Origin: Ophelia neglecta
Lineage: Eukaryota
Assembly (NCBI GenBank): GCA_965285935.1
Contig: OZ260662.1
Coordinates: forward strand, 71,052,001 to 71,116,000
Reading direction: 5' to 3'
DNA length: 64,000 bases
The notes beneath the pieces are model-generated. The model ran no database searches. It was not told where the DNA came from and saw only the letters and a program-made list of their open reading frames with translations. The translations under genes were made by a program, and so were the position numbers. Positions within the stretch are counted from its first letter, which is position 1. The number at the start of each line of letters is the position of its first letter. Shown one piece after another: positions 49,201 to 63,129 of this stretch.

Positions 49201-52200
49201 TTTTAATAAAAACTTTAGTTATCTTTTTTATTATATCTTCTTTCTTATTAACAGTCTAAATGCAAGGGCCAATATCTGGTGACTGGGTCTTATTCCCGAT
49301 CCTCACAGGGCATGTTTTAATATATACTTATTATCACATGAATAAATCATGATTACTTAAATCGGGGGCCCGAAGTGCTTCAAACTGACATTGGACTCCC
49401 CATCGAAGTAGTGTACAGTCGTGTGTTTTCGCTCATCATTTAATACCACGTAGGCAGTAGGCTTTTACCGCGCAAATTGTAAAATACTGACTACGCCGAA
49501 TTAAACGATGTACGCAATTACCCTACTTAACTCCTATAAGACTACTCAAAAGCGATCAATGTTTCCTGTATTCCCTACTAAGTCCTCATGAGTACCAATC
49601 ATTTAAACAGCGCAAGCGTAACCAATGGTGATCGCATAATATCCGGTGATCACTCTGATATTTTTTCAAGTACACCAAAGTACATATTTTTCGGGCCTAT
49701 TTGATAGAGTGCATAGATTTATAATTCTCTATAAAAGCAGTGTATGCCATGATTTGCCTTAAAATTTCTTTATAAGAATGGTGTAGAGCCTATTTGTTCG
49801 AATATTTCCAAAAGATTGTTCTGCACTGTTATTTATAATGAAGTAAGCTTCCTTTAAATTTAACAAATCAGACATAATTATCAACCTATTGCGCTCTCCC
49901 TTTTGAATAGTATCAAGCTTCCTTATATTTGTTATTAATTTACTCTAAATCCACAAATTTACTTAATTAACTGTTTTAAGTAATCGCACTTTATGTCCGT
50001 GCTTGGTCGACAATTGGCCATTGGTGTTTCGACTCTTGATCAGCATCCGACTAAAATCCTGTTTTACTAAAAGATAAACGTCGATTAATACCAACTCGAT
50101 AAGGGTAATCATCTGTTTGTAAGCAGCATATAATTCGATTTAGATTTTTGAATATCTTGTTGTAATGCCACCTCAAACCATTGATAAAAACAGGATAAGT
50201 TGCAGGTACCTTAAGTACGGAATAAAGAGTAACAAAAAAGTGCTCTTCAGCAAAATCAAACTTTCAGTCCCAAGTTATACCATATCATATTTGAAAGCCA
50301 TATGGAAGGCAAACATGATAATTATGTTAAAACCTACCAAAGTTTATGTCCTTGTGCAGAAATAGTAATGCAATAATTCAGGTATTAAAATCAGTCTGCA
50401 CTTCTTCCTTTGATACTGCCAAAGCCGTTTAAGGACAAGGACCCAAAAAGGCCAGAAGAAAACTAAGTTAGATATATTGCCACCATGAAACGTTTATCCC
50501 ATCCTGCTGGCTCGTCCATTATGTCTTAAATAAGTGACCTGTGACCTCTATAATAAACGAATATAAAATTACGCGTCTATACGTGTATTCTGCTCAGAGG
50601 TGGAAAACCTTGCCCCAAGATATGGTCAATTGACCACCGCTTAGTTTGAGAGCTAGGTGCTATCCTTAAAGGAACAGCAGAGAACTAGTCTCTTTTACCT
50701 TGTGTCAAACAAGCCCCGTATATTCCTAGCCAAAGAAACCGATCATTTGCCTTTGAGGACATTCCTAGTTGCTCGGGCATTCAGGCTTAGAATCAAATTG
50801 GAAATATTCGCACGAGGCTCTTATATTATGCATGATCGATGACACATAACACACTTCCAGGACACTAGCGTGACATTTACATGTAAGTAGAAAAGTTCTG
50901 TCACGGCATGTCGTGCCGCACGTTAGCTTTTGGGATAGAAGATAAACAAATTTCGGATCGCACTGCACGTCTTAAGATCTTCCACTTCCCCCATCCACCT
51001 TCCCCCACAATACCGCTCTCGTATTTGTGTAAAGGATATACTGCACAAATGAGAAATACAATGATCAAAGTTAACAAAATCAGATTTCGCGGAAATTAAT
51101 CAATGTAAACTATATTTATATAGAGGTATGTTTTATCTCTACTCGGCAGATATCAGGCTGTTTGTGTGATCTTGCGTTTCAACTCAGTCCAAAAGTAGCT
51201 ACATTTTTCGGTAGGCAGACAAGTCCCTACATGATTATATGCACACTTTATAAACTTCCTTTAAGCGTCATTTTTACTCGATTCTATTCCACTCACTTTC
51301 CTATATCTGAGACATGACTTAATAAATGGCTGTGATTGTATTAATTGTGTATGCTTCAGGATCTCAAGCATAAGTTTCACCTTCCTGCTCTCCCATGCTT
51401 CAAATTGAATAATTCTTTTTCGCTATTTTGCTGTCGAAACAGGCGTCACAACTGACCAAATTTGTGATCATTGTAATTTCTATGTTCATGTTAAGTTAAT
51501 TGTCATTAATACTAAACCTGACGACAGTTTCTATTGTAGGCTGGCAGGTTTTATCATCAGACCGCTTGAATGGTGTATTCTTCCTTAAGGACTTTGTTCC
51601 GTCTGCCGGGTATAAACTCCCTCCTTATGTTTCCTGGTAGTATGCATTGCACGCCATCATAATAGCTTGTAGTCATGAGTGATACGCAGGACACGTGTTA
51701 ATGAGTACGACGTAGTGTCAACATAATGATCAGGCGTCACCACAGAAATGGCAAAGTAGTTACTGTGTGTAACTATATGTGTATGTATGTATCTTAATAC
51801 TGTGCTCGAACTCTGATATATCATTAAACAAACTTCGCAAGTAAGACATTATTGTAATTTGGAAAGTAACAGGGGTCAAAACAGTCGCCATATTGATACC
51901 TTCAAATATAGGTTTAACATGTATTATGATTTATATTGTAACAAAATTTTACCACGCATTTCGAATTCATGTAGCTCATGTAATTACCTAAAGCTTAAAT
52001 ATTAAACTTTTTCACAAAGTCGTAACACCTCTCTCAGTCAAAACATTTAAGCAGTGTCTAGACTTGCCCAAGTCGATAGAAAAAATAATAACACAGGCCC
52101 TCCACTCACTGAAAAATCTATAGCAACTGCCTTTCCTCATCGTCTGTCTAATAAGAACAGCAGGCATAATATTATAAGTTTAGGCTGTATCAAGCCTGAG

Positions 52201-52444
52201 GAACGTCTTTCGGACGAGAATGTATATTTGATGTAATACAAACACGAACTAGGATTTCAGCGACCAGCAGTAATAAGCGGCATGTCTGCATTACAAATCC
52301 CATTTACACCTGCAGCTGCAGCAGCTCCTGCTGACATGAATGATTTAGCACTGGACCCGAAGCTTGTAATCCAGCAGACTCTTGTAGTACGGCACCAACA
52401 GTGGCTGCTTTATTGTCATGATATATACAGTATGACATTAGAAA

Positions 52445-52534
52445 GAGCAAGGAGCTCCGGCCGGCTACCGATAAACCGTACTAAAACATATGATTTAGTT
52501 CGGTTTTTTGGTAGTCGGCCGGAGCTACTTGTTC
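52445..52534 (+). other. Near-perfect 90-nt inverted repeat / hairpin
   Basis: Arms 52453-52485 and 52494-52526 pair at 31 of 33 positions counting 2 G-U; 8-nt loop; stem extends 7 more bp after one mismatch. Confidence 0.85.
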
Positions 52535-54599
52535 CTGTTGCTGAACAACATACAATAATCAACAACACTATTACTTGTTGCACTAGGAACGTTCTCTTGG
52601 AATGTGGATCGTTTTAAGTCATATTTCACTCTTTAAAACCATAAACAAACTGAAAAATGTACATAGAAATATTATGATTTGTTGAAATGGATCTGAGAGT
52701 AAGATCAGATGGTCTGTGAATAATGCCCATTGCATCATTTGTCATTGATTTTAGTTTACGTTTTGAAAATGACAGGTCCTCATCTTCTGTACGTTTCCTT
52801 ACTTTATCAGGGCTTTGGAATAATCAGTCATAAAGAAGGAAGATGTTGGTTGAAATAGCCCTTTATACTTTTCCCCATTAACAAAATGATTTTAGAATTG
52901 ATTGGTGGATATGTCATACTGGGTCAACGGAGACCATGCAGACAAGTCACACAGAGAATTGGACCCTAACGAACACTGGCCAACCAATTAAACATACGTT
53001 TTTTCCCATCTATCCTAAAAGCCAGCATTTACATGTATTAGTTAGTCGGCGGGTTTTTGGTGGTACTCAAAATAGTTTTAAGACGAGGCGTACCACCGAA
53101 ACCCACCTCTTTCCGGATTTGTCACCGTCCGACCCATATCGCTCTGCGTCGCCTATTTGCTGAGATATCGGGAGTGATTAGCTGATGGGACATAAACATG
53201 CTGTTTTTCAATAGCCCTTGTAACAGAATGAGTTGATTCCCTTTTCTTGGGCGATTTGGTAGTGATACTGACCAGTGGCGATGTAAACATGCCCTGAAGT
53301 TTACAATCAATGTTGACTCGGCTACAAAGAGGCAATCAGCTCCTGTTGGCTGTGACAGTACTGTGCTTTGTGTATTATGTTGAATGAGATGCACATACAA
53401 TTACTTTGTTGCCCCAATAATGTTGGGCAAAAGCATCTATCCTTTTAATAAATACATCAGCATACAGACTGTGTTCAGTGAAGTGCATCGTAGTACTATG
53501 TGGTGAGCACACAAATTTTCTTTCTAGGATTAACCCTTTAAGTGGAGATTTTGCTCATGGTGGACTGTGTCGTTTCAGCTTTCCGCAATACAAATTTTGG
53601 GATCTGCTAGATGGTTTCAAAGTGAATTTGCAGGTCTGACCGTAAATGGGACACGTTTGAGCTCAAACTAAGAAGCCCGATATGTTGCATGTCTTTTATG
53701 CACAGAGAAGCGCTCTGCTAGAAGACGTGGTCAAAAATAGGAAACTTCTGTAATATACTCAAACATGTACCCAGTCTTAACCTGAGCGCAGTAAATAATT
53801 TACCCGGTGGACCATATCGTGTCCCAACTGATTTATAAGCACTTCCCTTTTCTCTTTTGGTCGACATAAAACCAAGCAGTGTTTGTTTTATAGCAACGTC
53901 CATTTGACAACAACTAGTTCATGCCATCTAACACTTTTTATTTTATGCTATATGGACCAGCTAAAACTGGGACTAGTCAAGTAGAAAAACGCCAAAATTA
54001 ACTTAATGACATAGACCGCCTTCGCTTCAGTTTACTTTATTTACAACACCTTAATTCAAAAACCAACAGTCCTATTTATTTTCGGAAACCACATCCCGAC
54101 TGATATTCCGTTACACTTATCCAAAATACATTGGTTTACTTTTCCTCATTTAGTCAAATAAGAATCAAATATGGAACATGCACAATGACTTGTAATGCTT
54201 ATGTTATGCCACACAATTTTCTGGTTAAAATATAAATCTTGTGGTTTCATAAACATGTGGTTCTATGCTAGGTTTGACCAAAAATGAGTTTCAGCTTGTA
54301 TTAGATTTCTGTCCATTCAAATAAGATTTCTCCATATAACGTAGTACACCAGCGGCCAACCAAGCAACAAAGTATCCCTACATTTGTGTATGTGAATATT
54401 ATTTATGAACAGATGTCGGAATTCTTTGTAATACTTAATAAGTGTTGCTTAAAATCTATAAGTCACACAATAAGCCACTCATGAGCTTTTAACAAATTTT
54501 TTTGAAACAGGGCCATGGTCATTTCGTAATATGGATTTCACCAGAGACGTTTAACTTAGAAAAACTATTTTTTAGATCCTAAATACATGCGTTCAGGAA

Positions 54600-55250
54600 A
54601 CACCGAAACATGTGGCAGGAAGCAGACGGCCACATCTTATATGAAACTCTCGACAAATACACTTTAAATTGGCTTAAGACGGTGATGCTATAAAGAATTC
54701 TTTGTTAAATTGGCTTAATGGTTATACCCAACAGGTCATTTCTTCATAAGTACTTTGTCCTTGTGACATTTGACAAAACAACAAATATTGTTTCATTTAT
54801 TTGCAAAATGCTTCACAGTTTTGTGTAAAAATGCTCATATATACCGTTTCATAGCAGTGTCCAAGCAATGAAATACCAAACACCTTTCAGCACAGCTTAC
54901 GAGAGTTCTAGGCTGTTAGAGAATATTGGACAAGGTGTTGTAATTTAGTTCCTCGTAACCCAGGTACAAACATATGTGGAATCTGAACAACATGAAAGAA
55001 CGGCTTTAACATCTTGAAGATCTCGTTCCAACAGATTACCGGTCTGTTCTACTTGGGATGGTTGTGCCCTGTATACTGGCCTCCCACGTGTTGATTTTAA
55101 AAAGAGATCGGATACCCGGCAGAAAAGGCAAAACCAAGAATAAAAAACATTCTATTAAACCGGTCGAAATCATTAGCAACCGTCAGCTGCAAGCTTACAA
55201 ACATCAATCCCCATGCCGCTCACTGCAAAAAATAATGATATAATAAACAT
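54600..55250 (+). mobile_element. Possible decayed L1/Tx1-like RT relic
   Basis: Colinear faint remnants of the RT motif series in broken frames; no intact motif. Confidence 0.25.
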
Positions 55251-56059
55251 TCAGATTGCAGTATTTTACTGCGTAGGTATAAAAAAAAAGGCAACTAGAA
55301 CCTAAACATGAACAGAAGGTAAAAAGCATCAATTGTGTCAGTGCCTTTCGGATTCACCGAGTCCTCAAAGGGTGTTTTATACCTAGATAACTTGGTGCAA
55401 TACTTATCCTTGAATAAATAAAATGTCCGTTTTAAACTGAAAAATTCACCTCTCCAAGTCAGTACTTTGGAAACCAAGGCTATTACTAAACTTTTGTTAA
55501 ATGAGAATCGAAATCAGATCTGTGAATTTAAAGGATATTCCGGTCTTTACCGAGAAGTATAGCCATATAAGAACAACCATCAGGGCAGTCAGGTTATATT
55601 TCAGTTCTGATGGATGATTGTCTTACACACATTGTCCGAAGTATTTCTCATGGAATGAAAATATGTCCGTATATCTAAATGAGGAAGAGAACGTTCTGGC
55701 TAGTCGTAACTTTCTATCCATAATAAAAATTAGTCATGAATACGTATTCATAAGAGAAAAGATATACAACTACCACACAAGGAGCACAGCTGTTCTCCAA
55801 TGGAATATACCAATCGGCAACACATTCAACCCAAAGCATGTGCATGTATGTGCACATTCCATCTTCAGCCGCAGCCCTGTTTCCCAAGGTCATATCTGTG
55901 GTTGACACTGATGGTTGACATGTGGGTGACTCGCATAAGCTATCATGAATATCATGAACATGTCGTGATTTTTAGACGTTTCAAGCACAGTTTGTAAGAG
56001 AGGTAAGAGCCGCAAGGCACGAGTAAGACAAATATGTTCAAGTGGCTTTTTTCTTTTTC

Positions 56060-57340
56060 AGGTTTTGATTCGTGTAAAATTCCACATGCCGTCGTAGCTA
56101 TTCTGGGATGTGTAAAAAGTGTCTTCGTCGAAGAAATCGAAATAAATCAAAACAATGAATTCAATAATAGGCGAGGGGATTGCCGTCCCTAGGCCTACCC
56201 AGTGGAAAAGATATGAAACTTGGTCTACAGCCCTGGAACTCAGTTGCGCCCTCCAGCCCTTATATTCTTATACATAAAACTAAACAATGTCTTCTCCAGT
56301 TGCAGCAGGATGCAATGAGGAGCGTATCCTGGCTGATCCCATACTCCTCAAATAAAATACAAACTTCTCTTGCGATTTGGGCTGCAACTGTTTTTGATTG
56401 TGGCGGAAGTGGAAGCGAGCCGATGTAACGACCTGTGGGATTCGCCGACAAAATATCGAAACACTCGTTTTTTAAATAGCTAGCATGTTCCAAACAAATG
56501 CCTGGATACATAAAATTATTCAGAAAACTTATCTAGAAATATCGGTCATCAAACATTACTGATATTGGTTCTTTTTTATAGTTGGTGAAAATTGCAAATA
56601 CCATTACAGGATTAAGCTGATAAAAGTCCAGAATTACTAGTCCAATAAGTGTTAGTGCGTCAATCCTTACATAAAAACTACCTCGTTCAATGCCTTCTGG
56701 AGGCTCAAGGGATGTGTTGTCAAACTCGGACTCGCATTGAAAGATGTCACATTCGATATAGTTATTTGCAATATCTCTACTCTCACTGATAACCTATTAT
56801 TTTGTTTAACGGTCTGATATCCAAAGCACCTACATTAATCAATTGTTAGAATGCCTTGTTGTCTCAAATAGAGATTCAATTCGACTCTTTGGTCTCACGT
56901 CTGGCGAAATAAATGAGTCATTACAGGGGGCTGTTCAATATCTATTGCCACTTTTGATCCATTCATTCGCCAAATCTATATTGACCGTCCCCCTGGGCCT
57001 AATCCCACCACCAATTGTTTTATCCTGTATTTTGTAACTGTCGCTTCAAAGCGATTACATCTTACCAATCGATGGATGTTGCTTAACTAACATATATGTC
57101 CTCCTCTTTGACTGCTCTCAAATAAGCCTATTTATTTCGCTGATAATGCATGGCCATTATTCTTGATTTTAAGCACCAAAAGTTCTAAATTACGAAACAT
57201 TATTATAGTAGAGAGGGAACCGAAGAGTTCTAATGAATCACTACCAATGGGGTTCCTAAAATCTTCAAAACATTGACTGTAAAATGTGGTGGTTAATTTA
57301 GAAAATATCAGCGAATGGAATATAGCAGTTCTCACATTTG
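56060..57340 (-). mobile_element. Possible decayed CR1-like LINE relic
   Basis: Remnants such as AGGGCGCAACTGAGTTCCAGGGCTG (RRAT..VPGL-like) and GAGTTTGACAAC (FD-like) on the minus strand; heavily mutated. Confidence 0.35.
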
Positions 57341-57945
57341 TGTATCATATCCATATTTAGAGAGGCTGACATGAGGTGCACGTGTAGGAACTAATACAGC
57401 AGTTTATATCTTTTCCCCTTACATTTGGAATCGTAATTACAAGTACAACGATATGAATTACTCATCACCTAAAATGTAAGAAGTGAAGCAATGTTGTTCC
57501 ACACTGATATTTGCAAGACGACAGACGCTCCGCAATAAAAATAAGTCATAAGATAACTATATTTAACCATTCCAAGGTACTACAGGATAATGTTGATCAA
57601 CGTTGGCAACGTTATGTCACAATTTACAAAGAAGAAACCTTGAATGCATGTTATCTCATAGTATATAGGTAATATAACAAAACCCATACTATGCATTGTG
57701 GATAAGGGGATTCGAATAATGGATTCCCTCATGCGACGGTTTGTATCCGAATCAACATAAAGTAATTGTGTGGATTATAGGAACTGTCATACTTATATAG
57801 TAATATGCCATTTTCGGATATCCTCCCTTTACATTCCGAATTCTACTGATCGCCAATCACCACAAAAGGCTTAAAATTGCACCTTAAGTCAGAAACAAGC
57901 AATTACTCCGAGTGGCATTAATAGCTTACTTATAATAAGTGCGTA

Positions 57946-58122
57946 AGGTTGAAGCTGTGAATAAAAACCACCAAATGGACTGGAAAATACTGCTGTTTAT
58001 CGAGCTGGTCTTTTACACGGGTTATATTTTCATTAAAAAATTACAAAATGGTCTTTTATGTGAGTGGTTTGATTTGACAGGTGGTCTGAATATAAAGATG
58101 GTCTTTAAGGCAGGGTTCACTG
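57946..58122. mobile_element. Tc1/mariner-type MITE, copy 4 (left TIR decayed)
   Basis: Same internal GGACTGGAAAAT and GGTGGTCTGAAT motifs; right end CAGGGTTCACTG-TA; about 177 bp. Confidence 0.8.
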
Positions 58123-61100
58123 TAACTTTTATAAACATTCTGCATATATGTCGTCCTCAAATACCATAAATGTATTTGTATTAATACTTAATCACGAGTA
58201 TATTAATTTAGCGATTATTTTAAAACACATAAATTTATCCAGTAGAAACGACCCGCCATGTTTTTCTTAGAATCGCACATTTTTGTCGAATGGTTTTATT
58301 GGTTTATGGGAAAACCAGCAAAATGTCTCACTGTTATAGGACATACAGAAAAGACCAATAATTTGGAAACTAAACAGACTGGCTGACTGTGAAATGTCCT
58401 ACGGCTAAAAGCAAGTGTTTTTCGGCTTAGTGAGTAATCCACTGAATTATACGATTCAGTTGTCATGGCAACTAAATATGTCTGAAGTTTTTGCTAATGA
58501 CTCCACCAGTTATTTTGTTCTTGGAAAACATCCTGTTTCCTTAAGACATCCTTGGAATAATTCTCATGGGGAAGCTGTTAGGGGTTTTCGCATTATCACT
58601 TGCAACAAAATTAGCCAGATACACTGAACCATGAAGCTTCATCCAGCTGTGGATGTTGTGCAAACCGAATGCTAAACAAGAGCAAGTGGCACATCCAACT
58701 CTTAACTTGAAATCGCAAAATGAGGGTTCCTGTAATTCTAGATTCTATCTGTTTAATTAAAGGTTGACGTTATTATTGTATTTATTTTACTAAAAATGTA
58801 CTCCAAGGTCAATCAAGGAACAGTGTAACTGGCCCAAAATGTGGATTCCCACATTTTTCAAATGAGTGATTTCACCTTGAAATATACACCGAGGTAAAAT
58901 TAGAGAACACGAGAAGATACACAAAATCACATAGTTTCTTATGAGCTTCCTATGTTGTTATAGCTCCTATTTCTTATAAGTAAGGCCGAACTATAGATTT
59001 TAGTGATTGGCCATTGAACATTAAGGTCAAGGATAAATCTGATATCACGATTGAATTCGTAGTGCATACTTTGGTATGGCCTCTCAATATTATTTTAAAG
59101 TCTATGTGTCATATTAAAGAAATTAGACTGTTTTGGCTTGGAAAATGTAGGTCATATACGTTACTATTGTCTCTGCATGGTAATGGAAATTCTTAGTGTC
59201 ATAGTTAGAAAATAGACCGCAAATAAATTCCACCAATACCTTTACCGATGCCATGGCAACTAAATATGGTCGCTCCAAAACAACCCCAGACCAGATTAAG
59301 CAGGATTTTGGCAGCCCCCCCCTCCCCCACCATACACACAGGAAGAGTTGGAATAAAACAAATGCAAGGATTCCCTTTTTATCGCCTGACCAAGCAAGGA
59401 AAGTGGAGGCCATAAACGCTGTCGTGACTCTGAATGACATAGTTTTCCGAAGAAAACAATCATGCTAGGCAAGATTTTGGCAGAAATCAACATGTCCCCA
59501 ACTACGTTTGGCGGATACAGTTAAGGACTGTCACATTCGACTAGCAAAGTCTGTCCAATCTTAACCTCCCCCAAGGTCGGTTCAGACAACATGCTGATTT
59601 CAAATTAGTTGTGTACCTTCTTACGAAACGACGCTCGTTTAATTAACTTGTCGTCCCATAATACCTTTTGATTGGTAGAAAGGCACATCGTACCACTTTT
59701 ATTTCCAGGGCAATATTCTACGGGTCCAGTCTGCAAACCACAGTACGCTTGTAAATTTGTTTTAAAAATTGGATGTTTTTTTGTGACGACGTAATATTAT
59801 CGACTCCGCTTGCGACGCTTAATTAGTGTATAGCATGTCTATAGTTTTGGGCGCTAAAAGCTATGCAATTACTTGCTTCCATGTTTCTTACCTAAGTATT
59901 GTATTTTTACGTATATGAATCCTATGTTTTTGGTGTGAAACTGAATTAAAATATGATGATAAATGGCTAGCTAGCGCGGTGTTTTGATTGCTTGGCAAGC
60001 CAGCCACCCTCTTCCCGAGAAGAGGGGAGTTCGTGTTTTAGACTCCACTGTCAACATTATGGCAACTGTCCTCAAGAGGGATTCATTGGTGGCAAAGTTG
60101 GCGTGAACCATCTGGTCAGCGGAAAGTAGTTTCCGCCCCATAGCTCATAACAGATAAGGCAGGAATCCCGGTTGGCCTTTACCCGCCTGAGGTCTATCTT
60201 AAACATCGGCAGACGATACCCACTTGAAAAAAGGATCGGAGAAATACGATGCAATTATTTTAGAAGTTTCGGGTATCTTATCCAAAGTAACCTAATATAT
60301 ATAGACAATATGGCTGCTGTAGCAGTTCCCTAGAGAGCCCATAAAGATCTATATTTAGGGAATGAAATAAATATTCGTTGGAAATAATGCTTGTGTAATA
60401 TATGACAAAATGGTTGCCACCGCATACCATAATGCAGTATAACCAATACATATACAAGCCACTGACGCTAAGACCAACAAGAAATGGGTAAAATCCAAAA
60501 CTGTTGTAGAAAACTCTACCATAAGAGCATGCAATCACATATTATACAAGATCTGTGACCGACAAAATGCTGATACTAAACCGCTTTCATGTTCCTGTTC
60601 GATATTCATCCAATATCCTTATCCTTTGACAATCAGTGACTGCCACAGCAGATGTCTAATTTTGGCTGCCAGGATCGTGACCGGCACCTTGCCAATAATG
60701 TAAACAAGTGACTGTCAACTCCAGCATTGCTTGAGTATGTTAAATCCGTCGGAACAGCGGCCCCATTGACATCTGCAATAACTCAGTGGTAATCGGTGCA
60801 TATGCAGCCACTTTTTTGGAAGGCAAATCTTCGTGTACAAAGTAATTGTGTATGACCTCAAGTGCACTCCACATGAGGCAACCATTAGACTTAAGTGCTC
60901 ATGGAAAAACGGAAATATGTCTACTGAACAGGCAAAGTTATATAAAGAAGTATAGTTAAAAGAAACATTCAAATTCCTGATACTGATTCCCCACGCTAGG
61001 TATTATTTACAGCGAATGATTGAATGAACTTGTACATATATCCTATTTTGGAAAAAAAATGTTAATTTGCCATTTTCAACATGATTTTAAACATTTTATA

Positions 61101-61399
61101 TTACGAGAACTTCGCTAGGTCATAATTCAAAACACTGGTGCTACATAGTTTTGAAAAGTCCAACAGAATATCATAGATTATCCTCTTTCTACAAACCGTG
61201 CTCCGATGAAAGCAAACAGTGAAACGCTACTAGGCATCCACCGGACTCTTAAGTGTTGCTTGTTGCCACATTAACGGACATTTTGAATTATCGACAAGCT
61301 ATTACGGATGATAACATAACGCCAACTATTAGCATTCAGACAATATTAAAAGTAGCATAATTTCTCACTCTGTTTCCTCGACTCGTGACTTGTGTTTTA

Positions 61400-62560
61400 T
61401 GCTAATATTTTATCCGACCTTGGCGCTTACCGAGGTGTCACAGCAGACATTCATCTTTTAGAAAGTAACTGAACTGAAATCTAGAAAAGTCCATGTTAGT
61501 ATGCAGACCTGGAGGGGGATCTTCCCAGGGGATGTTCTTCTTCGTGCTTATCGCACAATGAAGGTCTTAAATGTGCCACAGCCATTACTCGACGCTGTCT
61601 TCCAACAAATTGACTATTTGGCCTGTTTTAAACCCCTGCTCAAAGGGACAAATAAACAGACTGTGAGCATGTCTTCACAGGGAATTTAGCGTGTTTAGTG
61701 AAACACAAAAGAAGGCAATTGATACATGTTGCCTTTTGCGACATCTGTCGAATGCCGCCATAACAACCAAGGGTCAGTCTGATCAGTTGCTGCAAATTTC
61801 TTTCGTAAATCAATGCACTCCTTATACAACAATCTATAGTAATTATGCGTTGTGACATTTTGCTTAACATTCCAAGGAAATTTACGTCTTAGTAGGCTAC
61901 ATGATAGAGGATGTTAATTTGTCTGCAGCTTCTTTTTATTCGCTCTTAGTATGGCCACAACTCTTATTAATGCTAATTACCAAACTATCAAAAACAATAT
62001 TGAAGTAAAATACTGTGGCAGCGCATAAAACTTATAAAATAACAGTGTTATTCTGGCATATTTACTTAGAAAAGATATAGCAAAGTGGTATCTGTGGCGA
62101 GATGTAAAAATACAAAGGGAAAATGGAACTGACGTCCCATCTCAAATCCAATTACGACTGTCAATTCGGTTAGTGTTACATTGTGTGCTCAAATCAACTA
62201 GTCCAGCGGCAGGTTTGCTAAGGAGCAGAGAGGAGAATATTTTATTGTACATAAGACGTTGTTCTGTCTTTGAAGTAGCTGAATGCTTTCGCTACAAAGA
62301 ATACTCTTTAGGTTTGAAGTTAGACGTATACACTGATGATGATTCATTTGAAAGTGTCGGGAGCATAGTCTCTATTTTTTGCGCCAAATATGCAGAGCCA
62401 GCAGCTGGATCTGCTGATGTTGATATGCGAAATTTTTCGGCACTGCAGGGCTCGGAGGTTATTACTGAGAATGTAAATAAGTGGACGACATATTATGACT
62501 ATGCTATATGGTGGGGCCGAAAAGACTGCCATCTTTAATTCACCGCTCGCGCGATGTACT
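61400..62560 (+). mobile_element. Possible decayed Gypsy-type pol relic (RNase H region)
   Basis: ORF 62173..62538 has EYSLGLKLDVYTDD, resembling YLxGxxFxVxTDH; upstream GDVLL resembles DDIL. Confidence 0.35.
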
Positions 62561-63129
62561 CAATTGAGATTTCATTTTAATTGAGTTTTGACGATTTCAT
62601 TTTCTGTTTGTATTTCGTTTTGGACGTCCAGATTGTTAGTTCAAGCATTGACTCCGTACCACAAGGCAAACCCATATAAACATATATGTTGTTTTATTTG
62701 TATATTTGAAATAAATACTGAAAATGAAGTACGTAATGTAATGGTGTGCTCGTTGATTCCTTGTAGTTCCTGGAGCATACTGAATTTGACACATATCTGT
62801 GCATTTCAAGGTTTGCTTTGACAAGATTTAAGAAGGTACCCAAAGTTATATTATAGGGCAAGTTGTTCGTTTTTGTCATTGCCTGCCACATGAACACAGT
62901 TATGACAGTTTAGTGTACAAGCAGATAGATTGACCAGCCAGTCCCCCACTCATATCAAACAAAATCAACAGACTAGTCTATCAGTGGTGTCACTAAAAGT
63001 TTTTTTTAGATTTTCTGCCAAAAATAAACGCCAACCCGATTATTTCACATTTTGTCCTATCTTCTTCTCATTAAAATCAGTTTTCCCCAATTCTAGCAAT
63101 CAGAAGCAAGAATAAAGAAAAATTTATGG

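Noticed and set aside
40442-53903. Many 60-134 aa ORFs (e.g. 46890..47294, 48366..48608, 52282..52617)
   Set aside because: Composition is typical of random AT-rich DNA, with no motifs and no chain of compatible splice sites.
59960-60045. tRNA-like A/B-box words with a small hairpin
   Set aside because: No cloverleaf can be drawn; at most a decayed SINE head.
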